From Candidatus Asbonarchaeum danakilense (GTDB lineage Archaea; Nanohalarchaeota; Nanosalinia; Nanosalinales; Nanoanaerosalinaceae): a stretch of DNA of 17,668 bases. Shown here in pieces: positions 6,990 through 16,303 of the stretch. The notes under the pieces are model-generated. The model made no database searches. It saw nothing but the letters and a program-made list of their open reading frames with translations, and was not told the DNA's origin. Every line of letters starts with the position of its first letter. The stretch's first letter is position 1. The translations under genes and the position numbers were made by a program. The stretch lies in assembly GCA_034190465.1 (NCBI GenBank), contig JAXINV010000076.1, forward strand, positions 1-17,668, written 5' to 3'.

Positions 6990-7493
6990 ATGGGTGACGA
7001 GCGGGGCACGGTCCAGCGCTACCTCAGCGACGTCCGGGACAGCGTGGAGGAGTACACCGGGCTGTATCTCGGCTCCGGGCTACAGGCGGCCGAAACCCTG
7101 GGAAGCTCCGTCTTCAGGGACACCCTTAACCCGGTCGGCCTGGACCACCTGTTCGTCCACCCGTACTTCTCCAAGGATCTTGGCAAGGCCGCAGACCGTG
7201 GCGGGGAACAGCTGGGCGAGTACCTGGAGGAGCGCGACAGCGACTACGTCGCATCCGCCGGCGAGGCACTGCAGGACCCGTACACCCGGCAGGCACTGGC
7301 CTTCGGGGCTGTCAGCGCGTTTACGGCAGCGAAGGAGCTGTGGTACGACCAGAACCCGGACGGGCTGGATGCCGCCGGGAACTATGCCGGACTGTCCTAC
7401 CACCTGCTCACGGAGCACCACGACATCGACCCGCTCAGCCCTGCAAAGGACCTGTACCAGGAGGCGAAGGACGAACTGGGACGGCGCCTCTGA
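6990..7493 (+). CDS. Hypothetical protein with YfiM/VanZ-like motif pattern
   Basis: Acidic 167-aa ORF with TTTTTATTA about 25 bp upstream. DHLFVH ... KELWYD ... DAAGNYAG resembles the DxxxH...KExxD...DxxANxxG pattern (family call is inference). Confidence 0.65.
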   Translation: MGDERGTVQRYLSDVRDSVEEYTGLYLGSGLQAAETLGSSVFRDTLNPVGLDHLFVHPYFSKDLGKAADRGGEQLGEYLEERDSDYVASAGEALQDPYTRQALAFGAVSAFTAAKELWYDQNPDGLDAAGNYAGLSYHLLTEHHDIDPLSPAKDLYQEAKDELGRRL

Positions 7494-7534
7494 GCCAGGG
7501 TGTTTAAATATCTCCGCGTCCCCGGTCAACCAAC

Positions 7535-7858
7535 ATGCCACAACTCGAGGCATCACCGGCCCCTGTCGAACGACAGGAGACCTACGAGCTTGAGGCCGAG
7601 GTCTCCGAGGTCGTCGACTACCTTGAACAGGACATCGGCGGCCTGGAACAGGAAGGCTTCCCAATGGAGACGGAGCGCGGCCCCGTGTTTCACATGCAGT
7701 ACGACGAGGTCAGGGCCAGCCTGCTCGACGACAAATACACAGGCCAGAATGACGTAACAACACTTCGCATCCGGCTCCGGGCTGATGAGGACTATATCGA
7801 ACAGATTGATGAAGCGTACGACGCCATCACCAGCTCACTGGATAGATTCGACCTGTGA
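7535..7858 (+). CDS. Hypothetical acidic protein (107 aa)
   Basis: TTTAAATA at 7503-7510, about 25 bp upstream of the ATG. D/E-rich and host-like codon usage. Confidence 0.7.
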   Translation: MPQLEASPAPVERQETYELEAEVSEVVDYLEQDIGGLEQEGFPMETERGPVFHMQYDEVRASLLDDKYTGQNDVTTLRIRLRADEDYIEQIDEAYDAITSSLDRFDL

Positions 7859-8440
7859 TCCCAGTTCAACGGTCCTATTCGCCGCGATAACGGCACCATT
7901 GTATTCTTCCTCCCGCATAACCGTCACAGGGTAGGTCGACGTCAGGGAGCGATCCCGGAGCCGTGATGTGCACCGTATCCGAGCAGGAGCTACCTTCTCC
8001 ACCATCCGAAGTGTCCCTGGCGGCGCGTACTCCATGTCGACGGTCACCGTGAGATTGGTGGCCCCGTAGTCAGGATGCCGCGGCCGGACGTACTCCGATG
8101 CCGCAGCAGGATCCATCTCACGGGCGAAGAGATACTGGAGGAACGCCCGGACAAGGCCGTGGCATTTCAGCCGCAACGTGCGTTCCACCGACAGGTTGTA
8201 ATCCGGGGCGGCGGTCCCGGAACGGTACGTGACCAGGCCCATCGTGGCGTGGTAGCGGTGGTAGTCCGTCACCTCCGTCTCAAGCACCCAGGTATCCCCG
8301 ATCCGCCGTACCCCGTCTCCCCCGTCCAGACTGCTGCCGACCGTGACACCGACCCCGAGACTGAGACCGACCGCGACCGTGAACAGTACACCGACGTAGA
8401 CCCGTGTCGGGTTATCAAGGTCCATGAGCGGGTTCGTCAT
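7835..8440 (-). CDS. Hypothetical protein with N-terminal membrane anchor (201 aa)
   Basis: One TM segment (VYVGVLFTVAVGLSLGVGVTVG), then a non-acidic domain with two Cys and sequons NLS, NLT and NRT. TTTAA on the minus strand about 30 bp upstream. Overlaps the convergent gene by 24 nt. Confidence 0.65.
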   Translation of the reverse strand: MTNPLMDLDNPTRVYVGVLFTVAVGLSLGVGVTVGSSLDGGDGVRRIGDTWVLETEVTDYHRYHATMGLVTYRSGTAAPDYNLSVERTLRLKCHGLVRAFLQYLFAREMDPAAASEYVRPRHPDYGATNLTVTVDMEYAPPGTLRMVEKVAPARIRCTSRLRDRSLTSTYPVTVMREEEYNGAVIAANRTVELGSQVESIQ

Positions 8441-8521
8441 CACAGCGATGATTGCCGATGCACCGCCTTAAACGTTGCCGTCAGCGGAACGGATTAAAAC
8501 AAGGGCAGGTAATACTCTAGT

Positions 8522-8656
8522 ATGCCCGACGACCCCGCGGAGGAAGGCGAAGAACACGAGCGAGATGAAGATCCTGTCGACGCCATCTTCCGGATCATCG
8601 AGCAGTACTACGAGGGCGTGAAAAAGCGGGAGGACGAGGGTATCGGCGCGGAGTGA
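8522..8656 (+). CDS. Small acidic protein (44 aa), not in the ORF track
   Basis: MPDDPAEEGEEHERDEDPVDAIFRIIEQYYEGVKKREDEGIGAE. ATTAAAA about 25 bp upstream, host-like codons, and it fills the gap before gdhA. Confidence 0.6.
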   Translation: MPDDPAEEGEEHERDEDPVDAIFRIIEQYYEGVKKREDEGIGAE

Positions 8657-8723
8657 CCGGGTCACTCATCCGAAACGTCAGCTTTTTCACTGTTCGCCCT
8701 GTAGTGATACACAGTGATCTTTC

Positions 8724-9992
8724 ATGGTTCCTGATCTTGGCAACAAAAGTACAGAGACGATCTGTGAAGTCTGTGAGGTCGAACTCGACAGGTTCTCCGA
8801 GGCCAACCTCCTCACGGACCAGGACATCGAACTGCTCAAACATCCGAAGCGGACCGTCAGCAACAACCTGCGGGTCCGGATGGACGATGGCAGCACCCAG
8901 ATCTTCCCCTCCTTCCGCATCCAGTACAGCGACGCGCGCGGCCCGACGAAGGGCGGTATCCGGTTCCACCCACAGGTCTCCCGGGACGAGACTGAGGAGC
9001 TCGCCTTCCTGATGACACTGAAATGCGCCGTCGTCAACATCCCGTACGGCGGGGCGAAAGGCGGCGTGGTCGTCGACCCCGACAAGCTGTCCGAAGCCGA
9101 ACTGGAACGGCTGTCACGCGCCTACATCCGCGAATACTTCGACGTCATCGGCCCGGAGAAGGACATCCCCGCGCCCGACATGAACACCGACGCCGAGATC
9201 ATGGCATGGATGATGGACGAGTACGAGCAGATCGCCGGGAACAAGAACCCTGGCGTCATCACCGGTAAGCCGCCCAAGATCGGCGGCAGCAAAGGCCGGA
9301 CGACCGCCACCTCGCTCGGTGGCGCCCACGTCATCGACCAGTTCGTCGAGGACCAGGGCTGGGACGCTGGCAGCACCGACGTCGCGATCCAGGGCTTCGG
9401 CAACGTCGGCTCCCACCTTGCACGTTTCCTCGACGAGCGCGGTTACAACGTCGTCGCGGTGTCCGATGCAGCGGGCGGCATCCACGACCCGGACGGCATC
9501 GACATCCAGCAGCTGTTCGAGCTGTACGACGGTGACGGCGACCTCACCAAGCTTGACGGCCCCGAGGAGATCACCAACGACGAGCTGCTCACCATGGATA
9601 TCGACATCCTGGTCCCGGCCGCGATCGAGGACCAGATCACGGCTGACAACATGGAGGACATCCAGGCGTCCAGCATCGTGGAGATGGCGAACGGCCCGAC
9701 CACGCCCGAGGCGGACGAGTACCTCGCGGACAAGGGCGTGCCGATCGTGCCGGACATCCTCGCCAACGCCGGCGGCGTGACCGTCTCCTACTTCGAGTGG
9801 CTGCAGAATATCTCCAACGAGTACTGGAACCGGGAACGCGTCGAGGACAAGCTGAAGCACTACATGGAACAGGCGTACAGGAGCGTAAAAGAGTTCAAGG
9901 ACAGGGAACGTTCCACGTACCGGGAGGCCGCTTACGCCCGTGCCATCGACCGGGTGATGGAAGCCGAGACGTACCGGGGTAACAGCGCATAG
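8724..9992 (+). CDS. gdhA: Glutamate dehydrogenase (Glu/Leu/Phe/Val dehydrogenase family)
   Basis: Motifs KGGIRFHP, MTLKCA...PYGGAKGG, DIPAPDMNT, ITGKP, IQGFGNVG, EMANGP and PDILANAGGVTVSYFEW. Confidence 0.95.
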   Translation: MVPDLGNKSTETICEVCEVELDRFSEANLLTDQDIELLKHPKRTVSNNLRVRMDDGSTQIFPSFRIQYSDARGPTKGGIRFHPQVSRDETEELAFLMTLKCAVVNIPYGGAKGGVVVDPDKLSEAELERLSRAYIREYFDVIGPEKDIPAPDMNTDAEIMAWMMDEYEQIAGNKNPGVITGKPPKIGGSKGRTTATSLGGAHVIDQFVEDQGWDAGSTDVAIQGFGNVGSHLARFLDERGYNVVAVSDAAGGIHDPDGIDIQQLFELYDGDGDLTKLDGPEEITNDELLTMDIDILVPAAIEDQITADNMEDIQASSIVEMANGPTTPEADEYLADKGVPIVPDILANAGGVTVSYFEWLQNISNEYWNRERVEDKLKHYMEQAYRSVKEFKDRERSTYREAAYARAIDRVMEAETYRGNSA

Positions 9993-10014
9993 TGCTCTCA
10001 CTCCGCAGCAGGCC

Positions 10015-10039
10015 CGGCCCGACCGGGCCGCTCCTTCTT
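10015..10039 (+). terminator. Possible terminator hairpin after gdhA
   Basis: CGGCCCG-AC-CGGGCCG at 10015-10030, followed by a pyrimidine run. Confidence 0.4.
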
Positions 10040-10042
10040 ACA

Positions 10043-10050
10043 TTTATAAA
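10043..10050 (+). promoter_or_regulatory. TATA box of EF-2 gene
   Basis: TTTATAAA about 50 bp upstream of ATG 10097. GGTG SD-like motif at 10086-10089. Confidence 0.65.
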
Positions 10051-10096
10051 GTTTGTCGGGGCAGGTTCTCATCATAGCAAATAATGGTGCATTCTG

Positions 10097-12289
10097 ATGG
10101 CAGACGAGACTGAAGAGATAATGGAGATCATTGAGAGCCCTGAGCAGATACGAAACATCGGTATCGTTGCGCACATCGATCACGGCAAGACGACACTGAC
10201 AGATAACCTGCTGGCCCGCGCAGGAATGATTTCAGACCAGCTGGCGGGCAACCAGCTGTTCATGGACTACGACGACCAGGAGCAGGAACGTGGCATCACG
10301 ATCTACTCCGCCAACGTCTCTATGGTCCACGAACTTGACGGCGACGACTACCTGATCAACCTCATCGACACCCCCGGCCACGTCGACTTCGGTGGGGACG
10401 TCACACGGGCGATGCGTGCCGTCGACGGCGCACTGGTCGTCGTGGACGCGGTCGACGGCGTCATGCCGCAAACCGAGACCGTGCTGCGGCAGGCGCTCAA
10501 GGAACGGGTCAAACCGATCCTGTTCATCAACAAGGTCGACCGCCTGATCCAGGAGCTGCAGCTGACGGATGACGAGATGCAGCAGCGGTTCCAGAAGATC
10601 ATCGCAGAGGTCAACAAGCTGATCAAGAAGAACATGCCTGAAGAGATGGATAAGGACTGGACCGTCGACGTCAAATCCGGCAAGGTCGCGTTCGGCTCCG
10701 CTCTGCTGAACTGGGCGATCTCCATGCCGTACATGGAGAAGTCAGGCATCACGTTCCAGGACATCGTCGACCACGTCAACGACGAGGAGAACGAGGAGCT
10801 GGCCGAGAAGGCGCCGCTCCACGAGGTCACACTGGACATGGTCGTCAACCACCTGGTCAACCCGGACGACGCGCAGAGCTACCGGATCCCTGCGATCTGG
10901 AACGGCGACGTCGACTCCGAGGAAGGCCAGGCGATGGCGAACTGTGACGCCAGCGGCGACATGATCGGCGTCGTGACCAACGTCGAATCCGACAAACACG
11001 CCGGTACGATCTGTACCGCCAGACTGTTTGCGGGCTCTGTCGAGGAAGGTGAGGAGATTTACGGCATCGGCTCCCGTTCCGCGCAGCGCGTGCAGAAGGT
11101 CGGTATCTACTCCGGCCCGCGCAAGCTGCCGGTCGACCACGTCCCGGCGGGCAACATCGCCGCGCTGACAGGCGTGGACTACTCCACCGGTGAGACGGTC
11201 GTCGCGAAGGACCTCGAGATCGAGCCGTTCGAACAGATCGAGCACGTCTTCGAGCCGGTCGTCACGAAGTCGCTGGAGCCGAAGAAGACATCCGACCTCC
11301 CCGACCTCATCGAGGCGCTCAGGAGCCGGGCGAAGGAGGACAGCACGATCAAGGTCTCCATCGACGAGGAGACAGGCGAGACACTGGTCTCCGGCCTCGG
11401 CGAGCTGCACATCGAGGCCAAGGTCGAGCGGTACCTGCAGGAGCAGGGCATCGAGATCCAGGTCTCCGAGCCGATCGTGGTCTACCGTGAATCCATCCGG
11501 AACAAGTCCGAAGAGTTCATGGGCAAGTCCCCGAACCGGCACAACAAGTTCTGGCTGTCCGTCGAGCCGATCAGCGACGAGGTCTACGAGAAGCTCATGT
11601 CCGGCGACGTTCCGGAGGGCAAGGTCCGGAGCCAGGACGAACAGGAAGTCCGGGACGAGCTTCAGGAGGTGGGCTTCGACAAGGATGATGCCGCGGACGT
11701 ACACAACGTCTACAACGGCAACCTGTTCATCGACAAGACCCGTGGCGTGACGCACCTGAACGAGATCATGGAGCTGATCGTCGAGGCGTTCCAGGACATC
11801 GTCGACGAAGGCCCGCTGGCGAACGAGCCGTGCGTCAAGCTCGCCGTGAAGATCCACGACGCCGACATCCACGAAGACCCGGCGCACCGTGGCCCGGCAC
11901 AGGTCATCCCGGCTGTCAGGGATGCCGTGACACGTGGCATGGTCGACGGCGACGCGGTCCTGCTGGAGCCGAAGCAGATCGTCCAGATCAACAGCCCGCA
12001 GGAACAGATGGGCTCCGCGATGAAGGAAGTCAACAACCGCCGCGGCGAGATCATGGACATGGAAGAGGAGGACGAGTCCTCCAAGATCACCGCCAAGGTT
12101 CCGGTCGGCGAGATGTTCGGGTTCGAGGCCGATCTCAAGTCCGCGACCGGCGGCAAGGGCTTCTACAACCTGATGGACCAGGTCTTCGAACCGATGCCCG
12201 ACAACCTGCAGAAGGAGACCATCCTCAAGATCAGGGAGCGCAAGGGCATGAAGACCGAGATCCCCGGCATGGACACCGGCGAGGAGTAA
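10097..12289 (+). CDS. fusA: Translation elongation factor aEF-2
   Basis: Motifs AHIDHGKTT, ERGITI, DTPGHVDF, NKVD, GLGELH and KSPNRHN. Archaeal diphthamide loop HEDPAHRGPAQ. 730 aa. Confidence 0.98.
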   Translation: MADETEEIMEIIESPEQIRNIGIVAHIDHGKTTLTDNLLARAGMISDQLAGNQLFMDYDDQEQERGITIYSANVSMVHELDGDDYLINLIDTPGHVDFGGDVTRAMRAVDGALVVVDAVDGVMPQTETVLRQALKERVKPILFINKVDRLIQELQLTDDEMQQRFQKIIAEVNKLIKKNMPEEMDKDWTVDVKSGKVAFGSALLNWAISMPYMEKSGITFQDIVDHVNDEENEELAEKAPLHEVTLDMVVNHLVNPDDAQSYRIPAIWNGDVDSEEGQAMANCDASGDMIGVVTNVESDKHAGTICTARLFAGSVEEGEEIYGIGSRSAQRVQKVGIYSGPRKLPVDHVPAGNIAALTGVDYSTGETVVAKDLEIEPFEQIEHVFEPVVTKSLEPKKTSDLPDLIEALRSRAKEDSTIKVSIDEETGETLVSGLGELHIEAKVERYLQEQGIEIQVSEPIVVYRESIRNKSEEFMGKSPNRHNKFWLSVEPISDEVYEKLMSGDVPEGKVRSQDEQEVRDELQEVGFDKDDAADVHNVYNGNLFIDKTRGVTHLNEIMELIVEAFQDIVDEGPLANEPCVKLAVKIHDADIHEDPAHRGPAQVIPAVRDAVTRGMVDGDAVLLEPKQIVQINSPQEQMGSAMKEVNNRRGEIMDMEEEDESSKITAKVPVGEMFGFEADLKSATGGKGFYNLMDQVFEPMPDNLQKETILKIRERKGMKTEIPGMDTGEE

Positions 12290-12304
12290 ACTCCCTCGTC
12301 AGCG

Positions 12305-12321
12305 TTCCTTTCTCTTTTTCC
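12305..12321 (+). terminator. Archaeal oligo-T terminator after EF-2
   Basis: TTCCTTTCTCTTTTTCC starting 16 bp after the stop. Confidence 0.6.
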
Positions 12322-12418
12322 CTGGGTCACTCACTAAATCAACGGTGCGTGCCGCAGCGATGTTGCTGCAGGGCGCAACATTCATGAACGCGCAGGAGCC
12401 ATTGTCCGGTACAGTCAG

Positions 12419-13564
12419 ATGGAGTTCGAGAACATCGTCGCACGCGGGACCGCGTCACTGCTGCTCGTCGGCCTGGTCATCGGAGCGCTCCTCCTCGCCA
12501 CAAGCGTCGCCGTCAGCAGGACCGGGCTCGGCGACCCGTACACCATCCCCGAGGAGCACCAGGACCTGCTGCAGCACGTCGAAAAGATCGAATACTGGAA
12601 GTACGGCAAACGGTACGTCATCAACACCACCAGCCCACAGTACCGGCAGATCAGGCAGGCGACCGTCGCAGCGCTCGCCAGGTTGCAGAACACGACGATA
12701 CGCGGCACCACCAGGGACTGCACCAGCCGGCTCCGGGAGCGGCAGGTCGTCCAGGTCTACTTCGACCAGCCCATCAAGACTGTGCACGGTCTCAGCGACA
12801 GCTTCAGTTTCCCGCTCAGCGGCCATATCCACTTCGGATGCACAACGGAAGGCGACAGCAGCAGCCTCCATGCAAGTCCCGTTCCCTGGGAGGCGAAAAT
12901 CCGTGAAGCGCTCTCCTCCTACCGGCCGCATCTGCTCCAGGCGTACGGGGACATCTGCAGGTCCGTCGACGCCGGGTTCGTCACAGAGCTCACGACACAG
13001 CCCGGACGGGTGACAGAAGCCACGTTCACCACCCCTGTCCGGATCGCACCGGCCAACGCCTCGGACAGCACTCTCATCGACCAGACCGTGCTCACCGTCA
13101 GAGCCAACCAGGCCTGCCTCGGCATCGATCCCGCGGAACTGGTACGGGGAACTGTGACTGGCACCACGACCAGGACCGTCACCCTCCACCAGCAACACGA
13201 CGGCTTCCCTGTCTACGGCGCACGGTTCACAGCCACCGTCCGGGACGGGCTGCTGCAGCGGTTCCGGACGACCGACTGGTTCCACCAGGAGAACATCACC
13301 GTGCAGGTCAACGTCGGCGAGCTCCGCGCCATCCAGAACGCCCGCGACTACCTGAACCGTGACTACCTGGCAGGGCAGACACGGGCCGGGATCTACAACG
13401 GACGGGTGGCGTGGCGGGTGCCGTTGATCGTCTCGAACACCACTGCCCGGCTGGTCTATGTCAGCGCCCGTGAAGGGAACGTCCTGGGCTTGGCGATGGA
13501 CAGGGCCGCCCCTTACCAGACACCGTCCTATGAGCACATGCCGTACAACCGGTACGTCCGGTAG
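12419..13564 (+). CDS. Membrane-anchored protein with FTP- and PepSY-like propeptide domains, no peptidase domain
   Basis: N-terminal TM/signal segment. TVTLHQQHDGFPVYGA is FTP-like and AWRV...VYVSAREGNVL is PepSY-like. No HExxH motif. Four Cys and several NxT/S sequons. Confidence 0.7.
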   Translation: MEFENIVARGTASLLLVGLVIGALLLATSVAVSRTGLGDPYTIPEEHQDLLQHVEKIEYWKYGKRYVINTTSPQYRQIRQATVAALARLQNTTIRGTTRDCTSRLRERQVVQVYFDQPIKTVHGLSDSFSFPLSGHIHFGCTTEGDSSSLHASPVPWEAKIREALSSYRPHLLQAYGDICRSVDAGFVTELTTQPGRVTEATFTTPVRIAPANASDSTLIDQTVLTVRANQACLGIDPAELVRGTVTGTTTRTVTLHQQHDGFPVYGARFTATVRDGLLQRFRTTDWFHQENITVQVNVGELRAIQNARDYLNRDYLAGQTRAGIYNGRVAWRVPLIVSNTTARLVYVSAREGNVLGLAMDRAAPYQTPSYEHMPYNRYVR

Positions 13565-13655
13565 GGACGACCCCGATGCCTATAAAAATGTAGCGTACAC
13601 ACGCTCTCCTCCCGGTCCGGGCCCTCCGACATCCGCGGCCAGCGGCCGATTACCT

Positions 13656-13704
13656 TTATAAAGATTGTCGAAGGAACGGTAGGTAGCTAATCGATATTAG
13701 GTGA
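13656..13704 (+). promoter_or_regulatory. TATA box and SD of EF-1alpha gene
   Basis: TTTATAAA at 13656-13663 and AGGTGA at about 13699-13704, before ATG 13711. Confidence 0.7.
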
Positions 13705-13710
13705 ACCCAA

Positions 13711-14994
13711 ATGGCAGAGAAACCGCACATTAATCTTGTATCCATCGGACACGTGGACCACGGCAAGTCCACGATGATCGGTAGGCTTCTCTGGGACACA
13801 GAGAACCTCCCCGAATCCGAAATGAGGAAACTCGAAGAAGAAGCTGAAGAACAGGGCAAGGAGACGTTCGAATTTGCCTTCGCCATGGACAATCTCAAGG
13901 AAGAACGTGAGCGAGGCGTCACAATCGACCTCCGACACCAGAAGTTCGAGTCGGATGACTACGAATTCACGATGATCGACGCTCCTGGCCACCGTGACTT
14001 TATCAAGAACATGATCACAGGCGCTGCACAGGCCGACGCCGGCATCTTGGTCGTTGCCGCGGACGACGGCGTGCAGCCCCAGACCAAGGAGCACTCCTAC
14101 CTTGCCAAAACCCTCGGCATCGAGCAGCTGATCGTCGCCATCAACAAGATGGACAAAGAGGACTGGGACGAGGACACGTTCAACGAGCGTGTCGATGAAG
14201 TCAAGGACCTGCTCAAGGGCGTCGGCTTCCCTGTCGACGACATCACGTTCGTCCCGATCTCCGCCTACGAGGGCGACAACGTCGTCGAGGAGAGCGACAA
14301 TATGGGTTGGTACTCCGGTCCGACCCTGCTCGAGACCCTGGACAACCTCGAAGAACCGACCAAACCAGTCGAACTACCGCTGCGCGTCCCGATCCAGGAC
14401 GCCTACAAGATCAAGGGCGTCGGTACTGTTCCGGTCGGACGTGTCGAGACAGGCAAGTTGAACGTCGGCGACGATGTCAAGTTCGAGCCGGCCTCCACCC
14501 GCCTAAACAAAAACGTCGGCGGCGAGGTCAAGTCCATCGAACAGCACCACGAAGAAGTTGACCAGGCTGATCCTGGCGCCAACATCGGATTCAACGTCCG
14601 GGGCGTCGGCAAGGACGATGTCAAGCGTGGTGACGTCGCCGGCACACCGGACAACCCGCCGACAGTGGTTGACAACTTCCAGGCACAGATCATCGTGCTC
14701 AGCCACCCCAACGTCATCACTGAGGGCTACACGCCGGTGTTCCACGTCAACACGGCCCAGGTCGCCTGTACGTTCGAGGACCTGGTCAAGACGATGGATC
14801 CCAAGTCGGGCGAGGAGAAGGAGCAGAACCCCGACTACATCCAGGAAGGTGAGTCAGCCATCGTCGAGCTCCGACCGCAGAGCCCGCTCGTCATCGAGAA
14901 GAACGACGACATCCCGCAGCTCGCACGGTTCGCGATCCGGGACATGGGCCAGACAGTCGGCGCCGGCATGTGTATCGACCTGGAAGAGGCGTAA
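13711..14994 (+). CDS. tuf: Translation elongation factor aEF-1alpha
   Basis: Motifs [50 protein letters not shown] and [11 protein letters not shown]. Confidence 0.98.
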   Translation: MAEKPHINLVSIGHVDHGKSTMIGRLLWDTENLPESEMRKLEEEAEEQGKETFEFAFAMDNLKEERERGVTIDLRHQKFESDDYEFTMIDAPGHRDFIKNMITGAAQADAGILVVAADDGVQPQTKEHSYLAKTLGIEQLIVAINKMDKEDWDEDTFNERVDEVKDLLKGVGFPVDDITFVPISAYEGDNVVEESDNMGWYSGPTLLETLDNLEEPTKPVELPLRVPIQDAYKIKGVGTVPVGRVETGKLNVGDDVKFEPASTRLNKNVGGEVKSIEQHHEEVDQADPGANIGFNVRGVGKDDVKRGDVAGTPDNPPTVVDNFQAQIIVLSHPNVITEGYTPVFHVNTAQVACTFEDLVKTMDPKSGEEKEQNPDYIQEGESAIVELRPQSPLVIEKNDDIPQLARFAIRDMGQTVGAGMCIDLEEA

Positions 14995-15009
14995 AAGCCT
15001 CTCCCACCT

Positions 15010-15028
15010 CTTCTCTTTTTCTTTTTCC
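15010..15028 (+). terminator. Archaeal oligo-T terminator after tuf
   Basis: CTTCTCTTTTTCTTTTTCC just after the stop, with the same style and spacing as after EF-2. Confidence 0.65.
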
Positions 15029-15107
15029 TGACAGACGTTAAGCCACACCGGTTCCTCCCTGCCGTATATAAAACTCGCGGCCGTTGTGCTGTCCGAGGAT
15101 ACTCACA

Positions 15108-15455
15108 ATGTCACGTGTCGAACAGTGGACGAAAGATCTGGCCGAGAACGCGATCGAGTTCAAGGACGGCATCGTCAAGGGGCTGGACACGCCCGCCCAC
15201 CTGACAGAGGCCGTCACCTACGACGAGGAAACAGCTGAACGCGACGAACCGTACACGGTCGGCGCGAAGAAGGACCTGGACCAGGAATACGCCGCATCGG
15301 ACGACGACTTCGCCTACGAGGCAGGTCGTGCCGTCGGCGCAGCAGGCCCAGCGGTCGCGTTCCTCGGCACAGCCAACCCTGCCGCGCTTGCACTGTACGC
15401 CCCGACAGCGATCGAGGGCGCGAGCAACGCGGTCAAGGAGAACTACCTGGACTGA
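15108..15455 (+). CDS. Hypothetical protein (115 aa) with Ala/Gly-rich hydrophobic C-terminal half
   Basis: TATATAAAA at 15065-15073 and GAGG before ATG 15108. Acidic N-terminal half, then AYEAGRAVGAAGPAVAFLG. Confidence 0.7.
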   Translation: MSRVEQWTKDLAENAIEFKDGIVKGLDTPAHLTEAVTYDEETAERDEPYTVGAKKDLDQEYAASDDDFAYEAGRAVGAAGPAVAFLGTANPAALALYAPTAIEGASNAVKENYLD

Positions 15456-16265
15456 TCACACCGGCTCCAGCAGCACCAGGGGCACCATCAGCAGCGCCCC
15501 AAACAGGAAGCCCGCGGCCAGCTCTTTCTTACCGCCGCCGGGCAGCTCCTCGCCGTGCTCCAGTCCCTCCGGCAGGAACTCGTACAGCACCAGGAAGATC
15601 ATCGCTCCGGCGCCGAACCCGTAGCCGAACGGCAGCAGCTGCTTCGCGGCGCGGACAAACACGAACGCGATCACCGCCCCTACCGGCTGCGGCAGGCTGG
15701 AGAAGATCGACCACCCCACCATCCGCCACTTCGAGACACCCATCGACCGGAGCGGGATCGAGATCGCGGTGCCCTCCGGGATGTTGTGGATCGCGATCGC
15801 CACGGTCATCACCACGCCCAGCACCGGGACGGCCAGGCCGAACAGCGGGAGACCCCCGGTCAGACCCATCTCAGCGAATGAGACACCGACCGCCACGCCC
15901 TCAGGGAAGCTGTGGACGGTCAGGATACCGAGGATGATCAGGAGCTTGTTGAAATCCGCCTGCTCGAACTCGCGCGGATCGACCTCATGGCTGTGCACGA
16001 TCTTCTCCGCGGCAAGGACGAGAAAAACACCGGTAAGGATACCTGAACCGAGGAGGAAGCCTGAACCCGCCTCACGCAGTCCTTCACGCAGCAAGCCAAA
16101 CACGGAGGCAGAGACCATGATCCCGGAGGCGAGGCCCCACAGCCCGACCTCCCACCGCAGGTTCAGCTCGTCGACCAGAAAGAACGGCAGGGCCCCGATA
16201 CCGGTGGCTATCGCGGTGACGAGGCCGGCGAGGAAGACGAAGACGATGCTGTCGATCGCGACCAT
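15456..16265 (-). CDS. ZIP (ZupT/GufA) family divalent metal transporter
   Basis: About 8 hydrophobic segments, with signature motifs TVHSFPEG and IAIHNIPEG, and GAMIFLVLYEFLPE. Confidence 0.93.
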   Translation of the reverse strand: MVAIDSIVFVFLAGLVTAIATGIGALPFFLVDELNLRWEVGLWGLASGIMVSASVFGLLREGLREAGSGFLLGSGILTGVFLVLAAEKIVHSHEVDPREFEQADFNKLLIILGILTVHSFPEGVAVGVSFAEMGLTGGLPLFGLAVPVLGVVMTVAIAIHNIPEGTAISIPLRSMGVSKWRMVGWSIFSSLPQPVGAVIAFVFVRAAKQLLPFGYGFGAGAMIFLVLYEFLPEGLEHGEELPGGGKKELAAGFLFGALLMVPLVLLEPV

Positions 16266-16303
16266 GCCACGTCATGCGGGCGTAACGGATAAGAAAACCG
16301 GTG

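Noticed and set aside
11860..11905. Loss of the diphthamide target in EF-2
   Set aside because: The HEDPAHRGPAQ loop is intact with the canonical His.
5262..13537. Long antisense or alternate-frame ORFs (e.g. 5262..6221, 9114..10001, 10742..11887, 12455..13537; likewise 1801..2577 and 16301..17035)
   Set aside because: These are shadow ORFs expected from high GC3 codon bias opposite well-supported genes, and they have no motifs.
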